A DNA stretch of 64,000 nt from Rhodanobacteraceae bacterium (GCA_031425695.1 JANPJV010000076.1:3261-67260), one strand, 5' to 3'; counted from the first letter of the stretch, positions 1 through 8,964 are shown. Notes: generated from the sequence alone by a model not told the origin. Program-made: numbers and translations.

Positions 1-328
1 TGTCATCTGGCGCGCTCTCGCGCCATAGCAGCAGTTCACACCGCTGCATTGGTTCCGGCCATCGGAGTGCAAACTTTTGGGCCTCGACGCGGTACAGACG
101 GTAATAACCGGCGAGGTCTAATTTGCGATCAGCAGTAAATTGCGCTGGCGGTCCTTCTGGCTCTCTTTCCAGAAGTTTTCGGTGTCCCTCCCTGCACAGC
201 TCGGCGCTCCAGCTGTCGCACTTGACGGCAATCGGCAGCTCGAATTCATCGGCTGTCGCTGCCTCGACAAGCGCAGCAACAGACAAGCCCATCTGCTTGG
301 CAGCATCGGCCAACGGCAACCATTTCAT
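1..328 (-). CDS. hypothetical island protein, partial (runs off the window start)
   Basis: Own translation of the minus strand from the ATG at 328: MKWLPLADAAKQMGLSVAALVEAATADEFELPIAV... It stays open to base 1. It is absent from the ORF track because no stop lies in the window. The N-terminus looks like a short HTH. Confidence 0.4.
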   Translation of the reverse strand, partial: MKWLPLADAAKQMGLSVAALVEAATADEFELPIAVKCDSWSAELCREGHRKLLEREPEGPPAQFTADRKLDLAGYYRLYRVEAQKFALRWPEPMQRCELLLWRESAPDD

Positions 329-414
329 TGCGCTCACTCCCAGCTTGGGGACGGATTGCCCGTCCCATTACCGCCTATTGTCAGCCCGCCAGTAATGGCT
401 GGGCCACGCGACAA

Positions 415-606
415 CTACGCCAGGCGCAACCGCGTCCCGGCATGCGTGGCCACGACGCAGCCAGCCTCCCGGAGCTTGAGCAGGGCGTTGCTGACGGTGC
501 CTATCGGCGTCGGGTGTAGAGCGGCATAGAGCGCGCGGTCTTCGATCTCGCCAGCGCGCAGGGCGGCCAGGATGCGGGCTTGCAGTGGCGTAGGCTTGGC
601 GGTCAT
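415..606 (-). CDS. small winged-helix-like DNA-binding protein (island cargo)
   Basis: 63 aa ORF (LQARILAALRAGEIEDRALYAAL...VSNALLKLREAGCV). Its start overlaps the stop of the upstream ORF (TAATG). Confidence 0.45.
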   Translation of the reverse strand: MTAKPTPLQARILAALRAGEIEDRALYAALHPTPIGTVSNALLKLREAGCVVATHAGTRLRLA

Positions 607-1100
607 TACTGATCGCCCGCCACAAGCTCGTTGTAGTGCTCGCTGTCGTAGAACTTTTTGGACCGCGCGAGGCTGGACGCGACCAGTGCGTCTATGTCCA
701 GGCGGGTTGCGGCGCCGATGAGCGCATCGACCAGCACGTCACGGAAGCCAACGGCGGCGCCCCGCCTGGGGTCGTTTGGGTTGTTCTTGGACAGCACCGC
801 AAGCACCACTTCAATGACAGAGGCGACGCTGGTGTGCGTGCCAAATGAGCCCTGGAATTTGCACCACTTCAGAAACTCATGGGCGGCATGGGTGCCGACA
901 AGGTTGCCGACGCCGTAGTTATCGCCCTGCGGCATTTCGGGGACGAACTTCAGCCCGCGTTCGCCCTGATCCATGAAGCTCAGGTACTCGATGCCGGGCG
1001 GCATCATGCGGAAGTGGTGCTCGCGGACGGCGAAAAGCTCGTCGGCCGGCTTGTCGTCATTCGTGACGGACGCAGCGGTGCTATCGTTTCGAGTTGTCAT
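606..1100 (-). CDS. hypothetical protein (island cargo)
   Basis: 164 aa ORF with no recognisable motif. It is coupled to the next ORF and sits directly downstream of the integrase. Confidence 0.5.
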   Translation of the reverse strand: MTTRNDSTAASVTNDDKPADELFAVREHHFRMMPPGIEYLSFMDQGERGLKFVPEMPQGDNYGVGNLVGTHAAHEFLKWCKFQGSFGTHTSVASVIEVVLAVLSKNNPNDPRRGAAVGFRDVLVDALIGAATRLDIDALVASSLARSKKFYDSEHYNELVAGDQ

Positions 1101-1168
1101 GATCGCCTACTCCAAGTGGGCGGTTGTGGAAGTCGTCGCCGGGTGCTGGTAACACTCGGCGGCGGCGC

Positions 1169-2449
1169 TTAACCCGCGATATGCGGGGATTTCTTTAGGT
1201 TCGTGACGTTCGCTCCAGATGCAGGCACGACAGCGAGGAAGCCGGACCACGCCTCCATCAGTTGCCGGCGCTTGGCCAGTAGGTCACCACGGCGATACGC
1301 CGCCTCAACCTTGCTCTTGATTGCGTGCGCGAGCGCCATTTCGATGACGTCGCTGGTAAAGCTTGTGCGCTCGGCCGCCCAGTCTCGGAAAGACGAACGG
1401 AACCCGTGAACGGTGAGCTCCGTGAATCCCATATCGGTCTGCAGCAACTTGCGCGCACTCTCGGGGTTCATGTGCGTGCGTCCGCGCTGGCCAGGGAATA
1501 GGAACGCGCCTTTCTTGGGCAGCTCGCCGAGCATTTTCAGTGCCGGCTTGGAGAGCACTACGCGATGCTCGCGATTGGCCTTCATGCGCTCGGGCGGAAT
1601 CGTCCACACGCCGCCGTCCAAGTCGAACTCCGACCAGCGCGCGGCGGCCGCTTCGCCCACGCGGGTCACGCAGAGAATGACCAGCTCGAGCAGGCGGGCA
1701 CTGAACCCGACGCGGGCCCGCAGTAGCGCCATGAAGGCCGGGAGATCGGTGTAGGCCATGGCGGCCTGATGGGTCACCTTGCTGACCTTGGATTTCTCCG
1801 GCAGCAGCACGTCCAGGTGGCCGCGCAGGCGTGCCGGGTTGTCGCCGAAACGGAACTCACGAGCGGTCGCCCAATCGAGCACAGCCTCTATGCGCTGGCG
1901 CACGCGGCTGGCCGTCTCGGTCTTGGTCTTCCAGATTTCCTGCAGTGCCTTGACTACGAGCGCCGTGCTGACGTCCTGGACCGGGAGCGGCAGCAGGTCG
2001 GCGGCGTAGGTGTCGAGTGTCGAGCGCCATTGCGCCCGGTGCTTCGCATTGCGCCAGGTCGATTCGTGCGCCTCGATGTACTTTTCAGCGCACTGGCCGA
2101 ACGTCATCAGCTTGGCCTTCGCGAGCTTGGCGTCGGTGCGGGCCTGTTTCTTCTCGTCACCCGGGTCGCGACCTTCTCGCAGCACCAAGCGGAGTTTGTC
2201 GGCGTCCTCGCGAGCTTTCTTCAGCGGTACGTCATCGAGTGAACCGAGCCCTATTTCACGCACGCGGCCGTCTCGGCGATCGCGGTAGCGGAACAGCCAA
2301 GACTTTGTCACATGACCCACTTCGGACGCCGAAGCGGCGACGTTGAGCACCAGATTGCCGCCGTCGGCATACCTGCCCGGAAGATTCAAATTTCGAATCA
2401 TCAACGGACTAAGGCGATCTCTGATGCGCTTCGGCACGTTCCCCCACAT
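1169..2449 (-). CDS. int: tyrosine recombinase / phage-type (P4-like) integrase
   Basis: The N-terminus reads LNLPGRYADGGNLVLNV...KSWLFRY (DUF4102-like arm-binding region). The C-terminal catalytic region contains HGFRSSFRDWAAE and LAHAIKSKVEAAYRRGD. The ORF track starts at GTG 2473; ATG 2449 (MWGNVPKRIRD) fits family N-termini better. Confidence 0.9.
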   Translation of the reverse strand: MWGNVPKRIRDRLSPLMIRNLNLPGRYADGGNLVLNVAASASEVGHVTKSWLFRYRDRRDGRVREIGLGSLDDVPLKKAREDADKLRLVLREGRDPGDEKKQARTDAKLAKAKLMTFGQCAEKYIEAHESTWRNAKHRAQWRSTLDTYAADLLPLPVQDVSTALVVKALQEIWKTKTETASRVRQRIEAVLDWATAREFRFGDNPARLRGHLDVLLPEKSKVSKVTHQAAMAYTDLPAFMALLRARVGFSARLLELVILCVTRVGEAAAARWSEFDLDGGVWTIPPERMKANREHRVVLSKPALKMLGELPKKGAFLFPGQRGRTHMNPESARKLLQTDMGFTELTVHGFRSSFRDWAAERTSFTSDVIEMALAHAIKSKVEAAYRRGDLLAKRRQLMEAWSGFLAVVPASGANVTNLKKSPHIAG

Positions 2450-2622
2450 CCTTACCTGCACTGCTTCCCACACAAATTACGCTGGTTTCAGATGGGCGTC
2501 AATGGGGCGCGTTGGCGCGAGTGCTAGCGGTAGCAAACAGAAATGTAGCCATGACAGCTAGTTACGGTGCGGGTTGTGTGGGTTTTAGTGGTCGCCAGTG
2601 GGCAAAAGATTAGGCGGACACC

Positions 2623-2675
2623 CTCTCCGCCAATAAAACAGCCGCCCGATGGGCGGCTTTTTTATTGGCGGAGAG
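2623..2675. terminator. nested hairpin, likely bidirectional rho-independent terminator
   Basis: Outer arms are ctctccgccaataaaa / ttttattggcggagag. They enclose the inner stem gccgccc-gat-gggcggc, with an A-run on one side and a T-run on the other. Confidence 0.6.
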
Positions 2676-2910
2676 CGTGATTTTCGATCGCTTTGCGCGC
2701 GCAGCGCGCAATCGAATCGAACGCACGTCGGCTACGCCCACGGGCCGGATGAGAACGTTCGGCGCACGGGTATCCAAACGAAGGAATGCCGAAGAGCGCG
2801 AGCACGGCGCAGCCGCGCGCAGCCCGCAGGGCATGGGCCATGGATGGCCATGCAATCCTACCCATCCGAAAACTCCTTCCCTACGGCTGTCCATATCGAA
2901 AGGCAGGCCG

Positions 2911-3651
2911 CTACTCGACTGGATAAACCGCCGCAATGGCGCAGCCGTAGCGGTCCGCCGGCGTTTCAAAGCGTCCGGCCCTGTCGGCGTCGGTGGCTGA
3001 GGACAACACCGCCACATCCCCGGGGTGCCCGCATACGAGGTCGAGCCCGACACCCGAACGCAGGGTCAGCGAGGACTGGTATGAGACCTGAGGGCAGGAA
3101 TTCGCAAACTCGATCCGATAGCGGCTGTTTCCGCCCGATCGCCGTTTACCGGTCTCCACGACGATGCCGGAGCCGTCCTCCGACCAGCCCCGGACTTGGC
3201 TCGGGCGCAAACAGTAGTCGTACGAGCCGCGAAAAGTTTGTTTGTCCGAGCGTTTGCCGACGGCTTCGACCGGCGCCAGCAGTTGCGCTTCAGCCAACTT
3301 GGCGTCGGCGCTCCGGGCAAGGCTTGCGTACTCACGTGTAGTCAGTGTCCGCACTGCGAAGATCGGGCAAAGCTCGGTTCGCGTTCTGACGAACTCGCGT
3401 GGCCCGCCGCAAACCCATCCGTGCGTCGCCAGGAACGCGGCGTCGGTGGCCGCATCCGGACACGCACCTCCAAATTGCACCTGATGGCGCGACGTCTCTG
3501 TAGCCACCAGCAGCCGGTCCGGCGTCAGCTGGCGAACGCTCGAAACCTCGCGTGCATCCAGGCATTCCGCATCGGGCGCAGGCATGCGCTCGGGCACCTC
3601 AGCTGCGGCGGCGTGGATCCAGGCGAGTGCGACCATCGATAACGAATTCAT
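2911..3651 (-). CDS. secreted hypothetical protein with two similar Cys-containing halves
   Basis: The start at MNSLSMVALAWIHAAAAE is signal-peptide-like and is preceded by caggag. Both halves share a C...C..C spacing pattern. Possibly a tandem DUF-type domain; unverified. Confidence 0.6.
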   Translation of the reverse strand: MNSLSMVALAWIHAAAAEVPERMPAPDAECLDAREVSSVRQLTPDRLLVATETSRHQVQFGGACPDAATDAAFLATHGWVCGGPREFVRTRTELCPIFAVRTLTTREYASLARSADAKLAEAQLLAPVEAVGKRSDKQTFRGSYDYCLRPSQVRGWSEDGSGIVVETGKRRSGGNSRYRIEFANSCPQVSYQSSLTLRSGVGLDLVCGHPGDVAVLSSATDADRAGRFETPADRYGCAIAAVYPVE

Positions 3652-3828
3652 TGGGGCTCCTGAATTTTGAATGGGCCAGTGGGACACGGGGCATCACTGT
3701 TTAGCTCGTCGGAAGGCGTTGGCATCGATCAAGACAGCAGAGCAGGGACATCGGCAGAACGTAGCTCGTTCATGTTCGGCTCGAGCCTACATACGTGAAT
3801 TGAAGGGAGAGCATCGGAATGCTTCCCT

Positions 3829-3842
3829 TTGACGCAGATCAA
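3829..3842. promoter_or_regulatory. FNR/ANR box TTGACgcagATCAA upstream of hemN
   Basis: Matches TTGAT-N4-ATCAA in 9 of 10 positions. Its centre lies 41.5 bp upstream of the hemN ATG at 3877. Confidence 0.7.
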
Positions 3843-3876
3843 GACGCGCCCAGCATCAGCGGGCCACACTGCCCGC

Positions 3877-5271
3877 ATGCCAGCCATCGCCTTCAGCCCC
3901 GAGCTCCTGCGTCGCTACGACCGCCCAGGTCCACGCTATACCTCGTATCCGACGGCACCGCAGTTTCGCGGTGACTTCGGAGAAGACGAGTTGCGGGCCG
4001 CCGCGCTCGCCAGCAATGGCGACCCGATTCCCCGGCGGCTTTCGATTTATGGGCACATGCCGTTTTGCGTGAGCCCATGTTTTTACTGTGGCTGCAATCG
4101 AGTGATCACCCGGGATGTCGCGCGCGGCGAGCAGTACATCGAGCGCCTGTGCGAGGAGATCGATCTCACCGCGCCACTGTTCGATCGCGACCGCGAGGTG
4201 GTGCAACTGCATCTCGGCGGCGGCACGCCCAATTTCTTCACGCCCGCGCAGATCGGTCGGCTGCTGTCGCGCCTGCGCGAGCGTTTCAGCTTCGCAGCGG
4301 CGGCGGATCTGGAGTGTTCGATCGAGCTTGATCCGCGCTTCATCACGGCGGACGAAGTCCACGCGCTCGCCGCTGCAGGCTTCAACCGGGCCAGCCTCGG
4401 CGTGCAGGATTTCGATCCCGCGGTGCAGGAGGCGATCAATCGGGTGCAGGGCATCAAGGAGACCCGTGCGATCGTGGATGCGTGTCGCGCCAGTGGCATG
4501 GGGTCGGTCAACATCGATCTCATCTATGGGCTGCCACGCCAGGAACGCGAGAACTTCCGGCGCACGCTGGAAACGGTCATCGAGATGCGACCTGACCGCC
4601 TCGCCATCTATGGCTACGCACACATGCCGAAGCTGTTCAAGGCGCAGAAGCAGATCGAGGCTGAGGAGTTGCCGTCCGCCGAGGAGCGTCTCGCGTTGTT
4701 GCAACTGGCGATCAGCGAACTCGGCGCGGCCGGCTATCACCATATCGGGATGGATCACTTCGCACTGCCGCACGATGATCTCGCGCAGGCGCTCGAGCGC
4801 GGTTCGCTGCAGCGCAATTTCATGGGTTATACGACCCACGCGCAGACCGACCTGATCGGGCTCGGCATCAGTGCGATCAGCCAGATCGGCGATACCTACA
4901 GCCAGAATCCGCGTGACCTCACTGGCTGGCAGGGCGCGGTCGAGAACGGCCGGCTGCCGGTATTCCGCGGCATGCGCATGAGCGGCGACGACCAGTTGCG
5001 TGCCGATGTCATCCAGCAGCTGATGTGCCAGGGCGAAGTCTTGATCGCGCCGCTCGAGCGCCGCCACGCCATCGCTTTTCGCTCCTATTTCGCGGATGCG
5101 CTCGCGCGCCTGGCCCCTTTGGTGGCGGACGGCCTGGTGAATGTCCGCCACGACCGCATCCGGGTCAGCGGGCACGGGCGCCTGCTCCTACGTAATATCG
5201 CCATGTGCTTCGACCGTTATCTCGACCAGCCCGTGGCGATCTTGCCACCCTCCTTCTCCCGTGCCATCTAG
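3877..5271 (+). CDS. hemN: oxygen-independent coproporphyrinogen III oxidase (radical SAM)
   Basis: Contains GPRYTSYPTAPQF and the radical-SAM motif CVSPCFYCGC, at HemN length. The ORF-track TTG at 3829 is actually the FNR box, so ATG 3877 is used. Confidence 0.93.
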   Translation: MPAIAFSPELLRRYDRPGPRYTSYPTAPQFRGDFGEDELRAAALASNGDPIPRRLSIYGHMPFCVSPCFYCGCNRVITRDVARGEQYIERLCEEIDLTAPLFDRDREVVQLHLGGGTPNFFTPAQIGRLLSRLRERFSFAAAADLECSIELDPRFITADEVHALAAAGFNRASLGVQDFDPAVQEAINRVQGIKETRAIVDACRASGMGSVNIDLIYGLPRQERENFRRTLETVIEMRPDRLAIYGYAHMPKLFKAQKQIEAEELPSAEERLALLQLAISELGAAGYHHIGMDHFALPHDDLAQALERGSLQRNFMGYTTHAQTDLIGLGISAISQIGDTYSQNPRDLTGWQGAVENGRLPVFRGMRMSGDDQLRADVIQQLMCQGEVLIAPLERRHAIAFRSYFADALARLAPLVADGLVNVRHDRIRVSGHGRLLLRNIAMCFDRYLDQPVAILPPSFSRAI

Positions 5272-5284
5272 TGCGAGGGTGGCT

Positions 5285-6037
5285 GTGAGCGCGCCGGCGT
5301 TCCCGCGCAGCGACGTGCGCATTCTCGCGGACGATGGCGACGCCCTGCATTTCTGCTCGACCTGTGCGTTCTCGCAAGCCTGTATCGCCGAGGGCATGCA
5401 CAAGCACGCACTGCTCGATCTGCATGTGCTGGTCGAGCACGTCGGCCCGCTGCACGCCGGGGAACACATCTTTCGCGAGGGCGACCCGTTCGTCGCGATT
5501 GCCGCGGTGCGCGCTGGCACCGTCAAGACCTATGTGATTGATCCGAACGGCGAGGAACAGGTACTCGGCTTCCATTTTCCAGGTGAGGTCATCGGCCTCA
5601 GCGCGATCGATGGCGACCGCTTTCCGTGCAGCGCGGTGGCGCTGGACACGGTCATGCTCTGCCGCTTCTCATTCCAGAAGATGGCACTGCTGGCCACCCG
5701 CGTCCCCGGCCTGCAGCGCCAGCTCTTTCGCCTGCTCAGCCGCGACATCGGCCGCGCTACGCTGCTCGCCGGCGACTGGGCCGCCGACCAGCGTATGGCG
5801 GCTTTCTTGCTGGCCATGTCGCGGCGCCTCTCCGAACGTGGTTTTTCCGCAGTGCGCTTCCAGCTGACCATGGCACGCACCGATATCGCCAATTACCTGC
5901 GCCTAGCCCCCGAAACCGTCAGCCGCGTGCTGCGGCGCTTTCAGGACGACGGGCTCCTGGTCATCGAGCGCCGCGAGGTGGAGATCGTCGACCAGCCCAG
6001 GCTGAATGCGTTGGCGGGGCCGGTGTTGCGGGATTAG
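5285..6037 (+). CDS. fnr: FNR/ANR-type oxygen-sensing Crp-family regulator
   Basis: Has the N-terminal Cys cluster CSTCAFSQAC (C-x2-C-x5-C) plus the central Cys in FPCSAVA, a cNMP-like fold, and the HTH ETVSRVLRRF. The start is uncertain (GTG 5285 or GTG 5315). Confidence 0.85.
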   Translation: MSAPAFPRSDVRILADDGDALHFCSTCAFSQACIAEGMHKHALLDLHVLVEHVGPLHAGEHIFREGDPFVAIAAVRAGTVKTYVIDPNGEEQVLGFHFPGEVIGLSAIDGDRFPCSAVALDTVMLCRFSFQKMALLATRVPGLQRQLFRLLSRDIGRATLLAGDWAADQRMAAFLLAMSRRLSERGFSAVRFQLTMARTDIANYLRLAPETVSRVLRRFQDDGLLVIERREVEIVDQPRLNALAGPVLRD

Positions 6038-6050
6038 GGGGCGGCTTTTA

Positions 6051-6192
6051 GTAGGTCACGTTGCGCCCGCCCGGTGCCCGGATCGATGGTACCGGACGTC
6101 GGGCGCTACGTGACACTCGCGCGAGGCATTGTCACGTAGCCCGATTTGATACAGCGAAAGCATGCGGATCGCGGGCGCAACGTGACCTACGC
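6051..6192. repeat. REPIN-like composite palindromic element (family A: GTAGGTCAYGTTGCSC)
   Basis: The outer inverted pair is gtaggtcacgttgcgcccgc / gcgggcgcaacgtgacctac. The inner inverted pair is gggcgctacgtgaca / tgtcacgtagccc. The same architecture recurs at about 16044-16196 and 17788-17948. Confidence 0.65.
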
Positions 6193-6271
6193 CAGCCATT
6201 CGGAGGGCATCCAAAGCGGCGCGGAGCGCCGCACTCCAAACTGGTGCGGCCGTCTGGCATTTCACCCTCGC

Positions 6272-6285
6272 TTGATCCAGATCAT
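6272..6285. promoter_or_regulatory. FNR/DNR-type box TTGATccagATCAT upstream of norZ
   Basis: Near-consensus palindrome about 60 bp upstream of the probable norZ start. Confidence 0.65.
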
Positions 6286-6338
6286 GGCCCCGCTCCCCCA
6301 TCCGCTCGAACATGCGCTCAACCACCATGGAGAGCGTG

Positions 6339-8690
6339 ATGAGCATTACCCGAAAACTTTGGCTGGGCCTGAGCGCCCTGCTCGTGGTGTCCTTTTCGAT
6401 TCTGCTGTGGGCCGGGACCGAGATTTTTCGCGTTGCGCCGCCGATGCCGGAGCGCGTGGTCAGTGTCGAGGGCGAACTGGTCTACAGCCGCGCCGATATC
6501 GAGCAGGGGCGGCAGGTCTGGCAATCGATCGGCGGCATGCAGCTGGGTTCCATTTGGGGCCATGGCAGTTACGTTGCGCCCGACTGGAGCGCCGATTGGC
6601 TGCACCGCGAAGCGGTCGACGTACTCGACCAGTGGGCCCGCAGCGAGTACGCCAGCGCCACCTATGCCCTGTTGAATGCCGAGCAGCAGGGAGCGCTGCG
6701 CGCGCGTCTGCGCGGGGTCATGCGCACCAATCGCTACGACCAGGCAACGGCGACGATCACGCTGCCGCGCGAACGTGTAATTGCGGTCTCGAACGTGGCC
6801 GCGCACTACATCAGCCTGTTCGGCAACGATCCTGCGACGGCCGCCTTGCGCGAAGCCTATGCGATGAAGAACGACACGGTCGACACGCTGGAGCACCGGC
6901 GCGCGTTGACCGCCTTCATCTGGTGGACTGCGTGGGCGGCGGGGACTGAGCGCCCGGCCGATGCAACAGCGTCCGCGCACAGCGCAGACCCACCACAGGC
7001 AACAGCGGCCACAGCAGGCACGCCGGTCGCGGCTGCCGTCACTTACACCAACAACTGGCCGAGCGAGCCGTTGATCGGCAACACGCCACCGCCGTCACTG
7101 TGGCTGTGGTCGGTGTTCAGCGTGTTGTTCCTGATTGCCGGCATCGGCGCGCTTGGCTGGTTCTACGCGGTCAGCCATGCCAACGAAGATCGTGACCACA
7201 AGCTGCCGGCGAGCGATCCATTCGCTGCGCTCAAGGTCACCCCGTCCATGCGCGCGACTGCGAAGTATTTCTGGGTAGTGCTGGCGCTGTTCCTGACGCA
7301 GATTGCGCTCGGCGCGATCACCGCGCACTACCAGGTGGAAGGCCAGGAAGCCTACGGCTTTGCGCTCGCCGAATACCTGCCGTACTCGCTCGCGCGCACC
7401 TGGCACACGCAACTCGCGGTGCTGTGGATCGCGGTCGCGTGGCTCGCCACCGGCCTCTACATCGCGCCAGCGCTGTCGGGCCACGAGCCGAAATTCCAGC
7501 GGCTCGGCGTCAACTTCCTGTTCGTCAGCCTGCTCATCATCGTCGTCGGCTCATTTGCCGGGCAGTGGCTCGCGGTGATGCAGAAGCTCGGCCTCGACAA
7601 CAATTTCTGGTTCGGTCACCAGGGCTGGGAGTACGCGGACATGGGCCGCTTCTGGCAGTGGTATCTGTTCATCGGTCTGCTGCTGTGGCTGGGCCTGGTG
7701 GGGCGCTCACTGTGGCCGGTGCTGCGCGGGCCCGCACATGAGTCCAAATCGATCATCGCGCTGATGTTCCTGTCGACCGTCGCGATTGGCCTGTTCTTCG
7801 GCGCCGCGCTGATGTGGGGCGAGCACACGCATATCTCCGAAGTCGAATACTGGCGCTGGTGGCTGGTGCACTTGTGGGTGGAAGGCTTCTTCGAGGTGTT
7901 CGCGGCAGCGGTAATGGCACTGATCTTCACCCGCCTCGGTTTGATCAAGACCTCCACCGCGACCGTGGCCGTGCTGTTCGCCACAATCATCTTCATGGCC
8001 GGCGGCGTGCTCGGGACTTTGCATCACCTCTACTTCGTCGGCACGCCGACCGCTGTGGTTGCGCTCGGCGCCAGCTTCAGCGCGCTCGAAGTGGTGCCGC
8101 TCGCCTTCATCGGCTTCGAGGCCTACCACACCTACAAGCTCGGACAGGCAACGCCGTGGATGGCACGCTACAAGTGGCCGATCCTGTTCTTCGTCGCGGT
8201 CTCGTTCTGGAACCTCGTCGGCGCCGGCCTGTTCGGTTTCTTGATCAACCCGCCGGTCTCGCTGTACTACATGCAGGGCTTGAACCTCACCGCCCTGCAT
8301 GGACACACTGCGCTGTTCGGCGTCTACGGCATGCTCGGCATCGCGCTCATGCTGTTCTGTCTGCGCGGTCTGCGCGGGCAGATGGTCTGGGACGCGCGCC
8401 CACTGAAGGTGGCGTTCTGGTCGCTCAACATCGGCCTGACGCTGATGGCCTTGCTGACCCTGCTGCCGATCGGCGTGCTGCAACTGATCGCCGCAATCAG
8501 CCACGGCTACGCCTACGCACGCTCCGCCGATTTCATGCAGCAGCCGCTGATCGAGCTGCTGGTGTGGATGCGCGTTCCGGGCGACACCATCTTCAGCTTC
8601 GGGGCGCTGGCACTGGCGTGGTTCGTATTGCGCCTTTGGGTGGCACCGAAACGGGAGGCGGTGGTGGCGGGGGAGGTGGTGCCGTCGTAG
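6339..8690 (+). CDS. norZ: quinol-dependent nitric oxide reductase (single-subunit qNOR)
   Basis: About 780 aa. It has one N-terminal TM helix, a periplasmic domain, then a 12-TM heme-copper oxidase core (HHLYFVG, WVEGFFEVF). Possible starts are 6312, 6327 and 6339; 6339 follows GGAGAG. Confidence 0.88.
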   Translation: MSITRKLWLGLSALLVVSFSILLWAGTEIFRVAPPMPERVVSVEGELVYSRADIEQGRQVWQSIGGMQLGSIWGHGSYVAPDWSADWLHREAVDVLDQWARSEYASATYALLNAEQQGALRARLRGVMRTNRYDQATATITLPRERVIAVSNVAAHYISLFGNDPATAALREAYAMKNDTVDTLEHRRALTAFIWWTAWAAGTERPADATASAHSADPPQATAATAGTPVAAAVTYTNNWPSEPLIGNTPPPSLWLWSVFSVLFLIAGIGALGWFYAVSHANEDRDHKLPASDPFAALKVTPSMRATAKYFWVVLALFLTQIALGAITAHYQVEGQEAYGFALAEYLPYSLARTWHTQLAVLWIAVAWLATGLYIAPALSGHEPKFQRLGVNFLFVSLLIIVVGSFAGQWLAVMQKLGLDNNFWFGHQGWEYADMGRFWQWYLFIGLLLWLGLVGRSLWPVLRGPAHESKSIIALMFLSTVAIGLFFGAALMWGEHTHISEVEYWRWWLVHLWVEGFFEVFAAAVMALIFTRLGLIKTSTATVAVLFATIIFMAGGVLGTLHHLYFVGTPTAVVALGASFSALEVVPLAFIGFEAYHTYKLGQATPWMARYKWPILFFVAVSFWNLVGAGLFGFLINPPVSLYYMQGLNLTALHGHTALFGVYGMLGIALMLFCLRGLRGQMVWDARPLKVAFWSLNIGLTLMALLTLLPIGVLQLIAAISHGYAYARSADFMQQPLIELLVWMRVPGDTIFSFGALALAWFVLRLWVAPKREAVVAGEVVPS

Positions 8691-8706
8691 GTCCAACTTG
8701 GCTTGC

Positions 8707-8964
8707 GTGGGTTCGGACCTTGTCCGAACGCTTTTGCTCACCAAGAGCGTCCGGACAAGGTCCGGACCCACGTACGGCAAGGAAAGCTCGCTTTTACTCA
8801 CCAAGAGCGTCCGGACAAGGTCCGGACCCACGTACGGCAAGGAAAGCTCACTTTTGCTCACCAAGAGCGTCCGGACAAGGTCCGGACCCACGTAAGGCAA
8901 CAAAAGTTCGTGCTCCCATCGTGTCGCGCCTGAGCCGAGAGCGTCCGACAAGGTCCGGCACGTG
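8707..8964. repeat. REP family B array: one inverted unit plus three exact-period 60 bp tandem units and a degenerate fourth
   Basis: The unit gagcgtccggacaaggtccggacccacgta occurs at 8745, 8805 and 8865. An inverted copy (gtgggttcggaccttgtccgaacgctt) lies at 8707. The sequence between units is also repeated. Confidence 0.85.

Larger units (their letters stand above)
1..2473 (-). mobile_element. right-hand end of an integrated genomic island or prophage remnant (left end outside the window)
   Basis: An integrase sits at the boundary with unrecognisable small ORFs. The region is visibly less GC-rich than the rest of the window. No tRNA or direct repeat could be identified. Confidence 0.5.

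Noticed and set aside
2611-2676. ccctctccgcca and its complement tggcggagag resemble the 3' end of a tRNA-Ser, which could be an integrase att site
   Set aside because: No T-arm, anticodon arm or D-arm can be folded around either copy. The two copies are simply the two arms of the outer terminator stem.
6950-7045. Ala/Thr/Pro-rich low-complexity insertion in the periplasmic domain of qNOR (ADATASAHSADPPQATAATAGTPVAAAV)
   Set aside because: It has no repeat or REP structure at the nucleotide level. It is probably just a variable loop, and significance cannot be assessed without an alignment.
8707-8964. Regularly spaced 30 bp palindromic repeats that look like a small CRISPR array
   Set aside because: The 30 bp segments between the repeat cores are themselves nearly identical, so the whole 60 bp unit is repeated. 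There are only three full units, no cas genes are nearby, and the same core occurs singly at 18737 and 23841. It is a REP tandem array, not a CRISPR.
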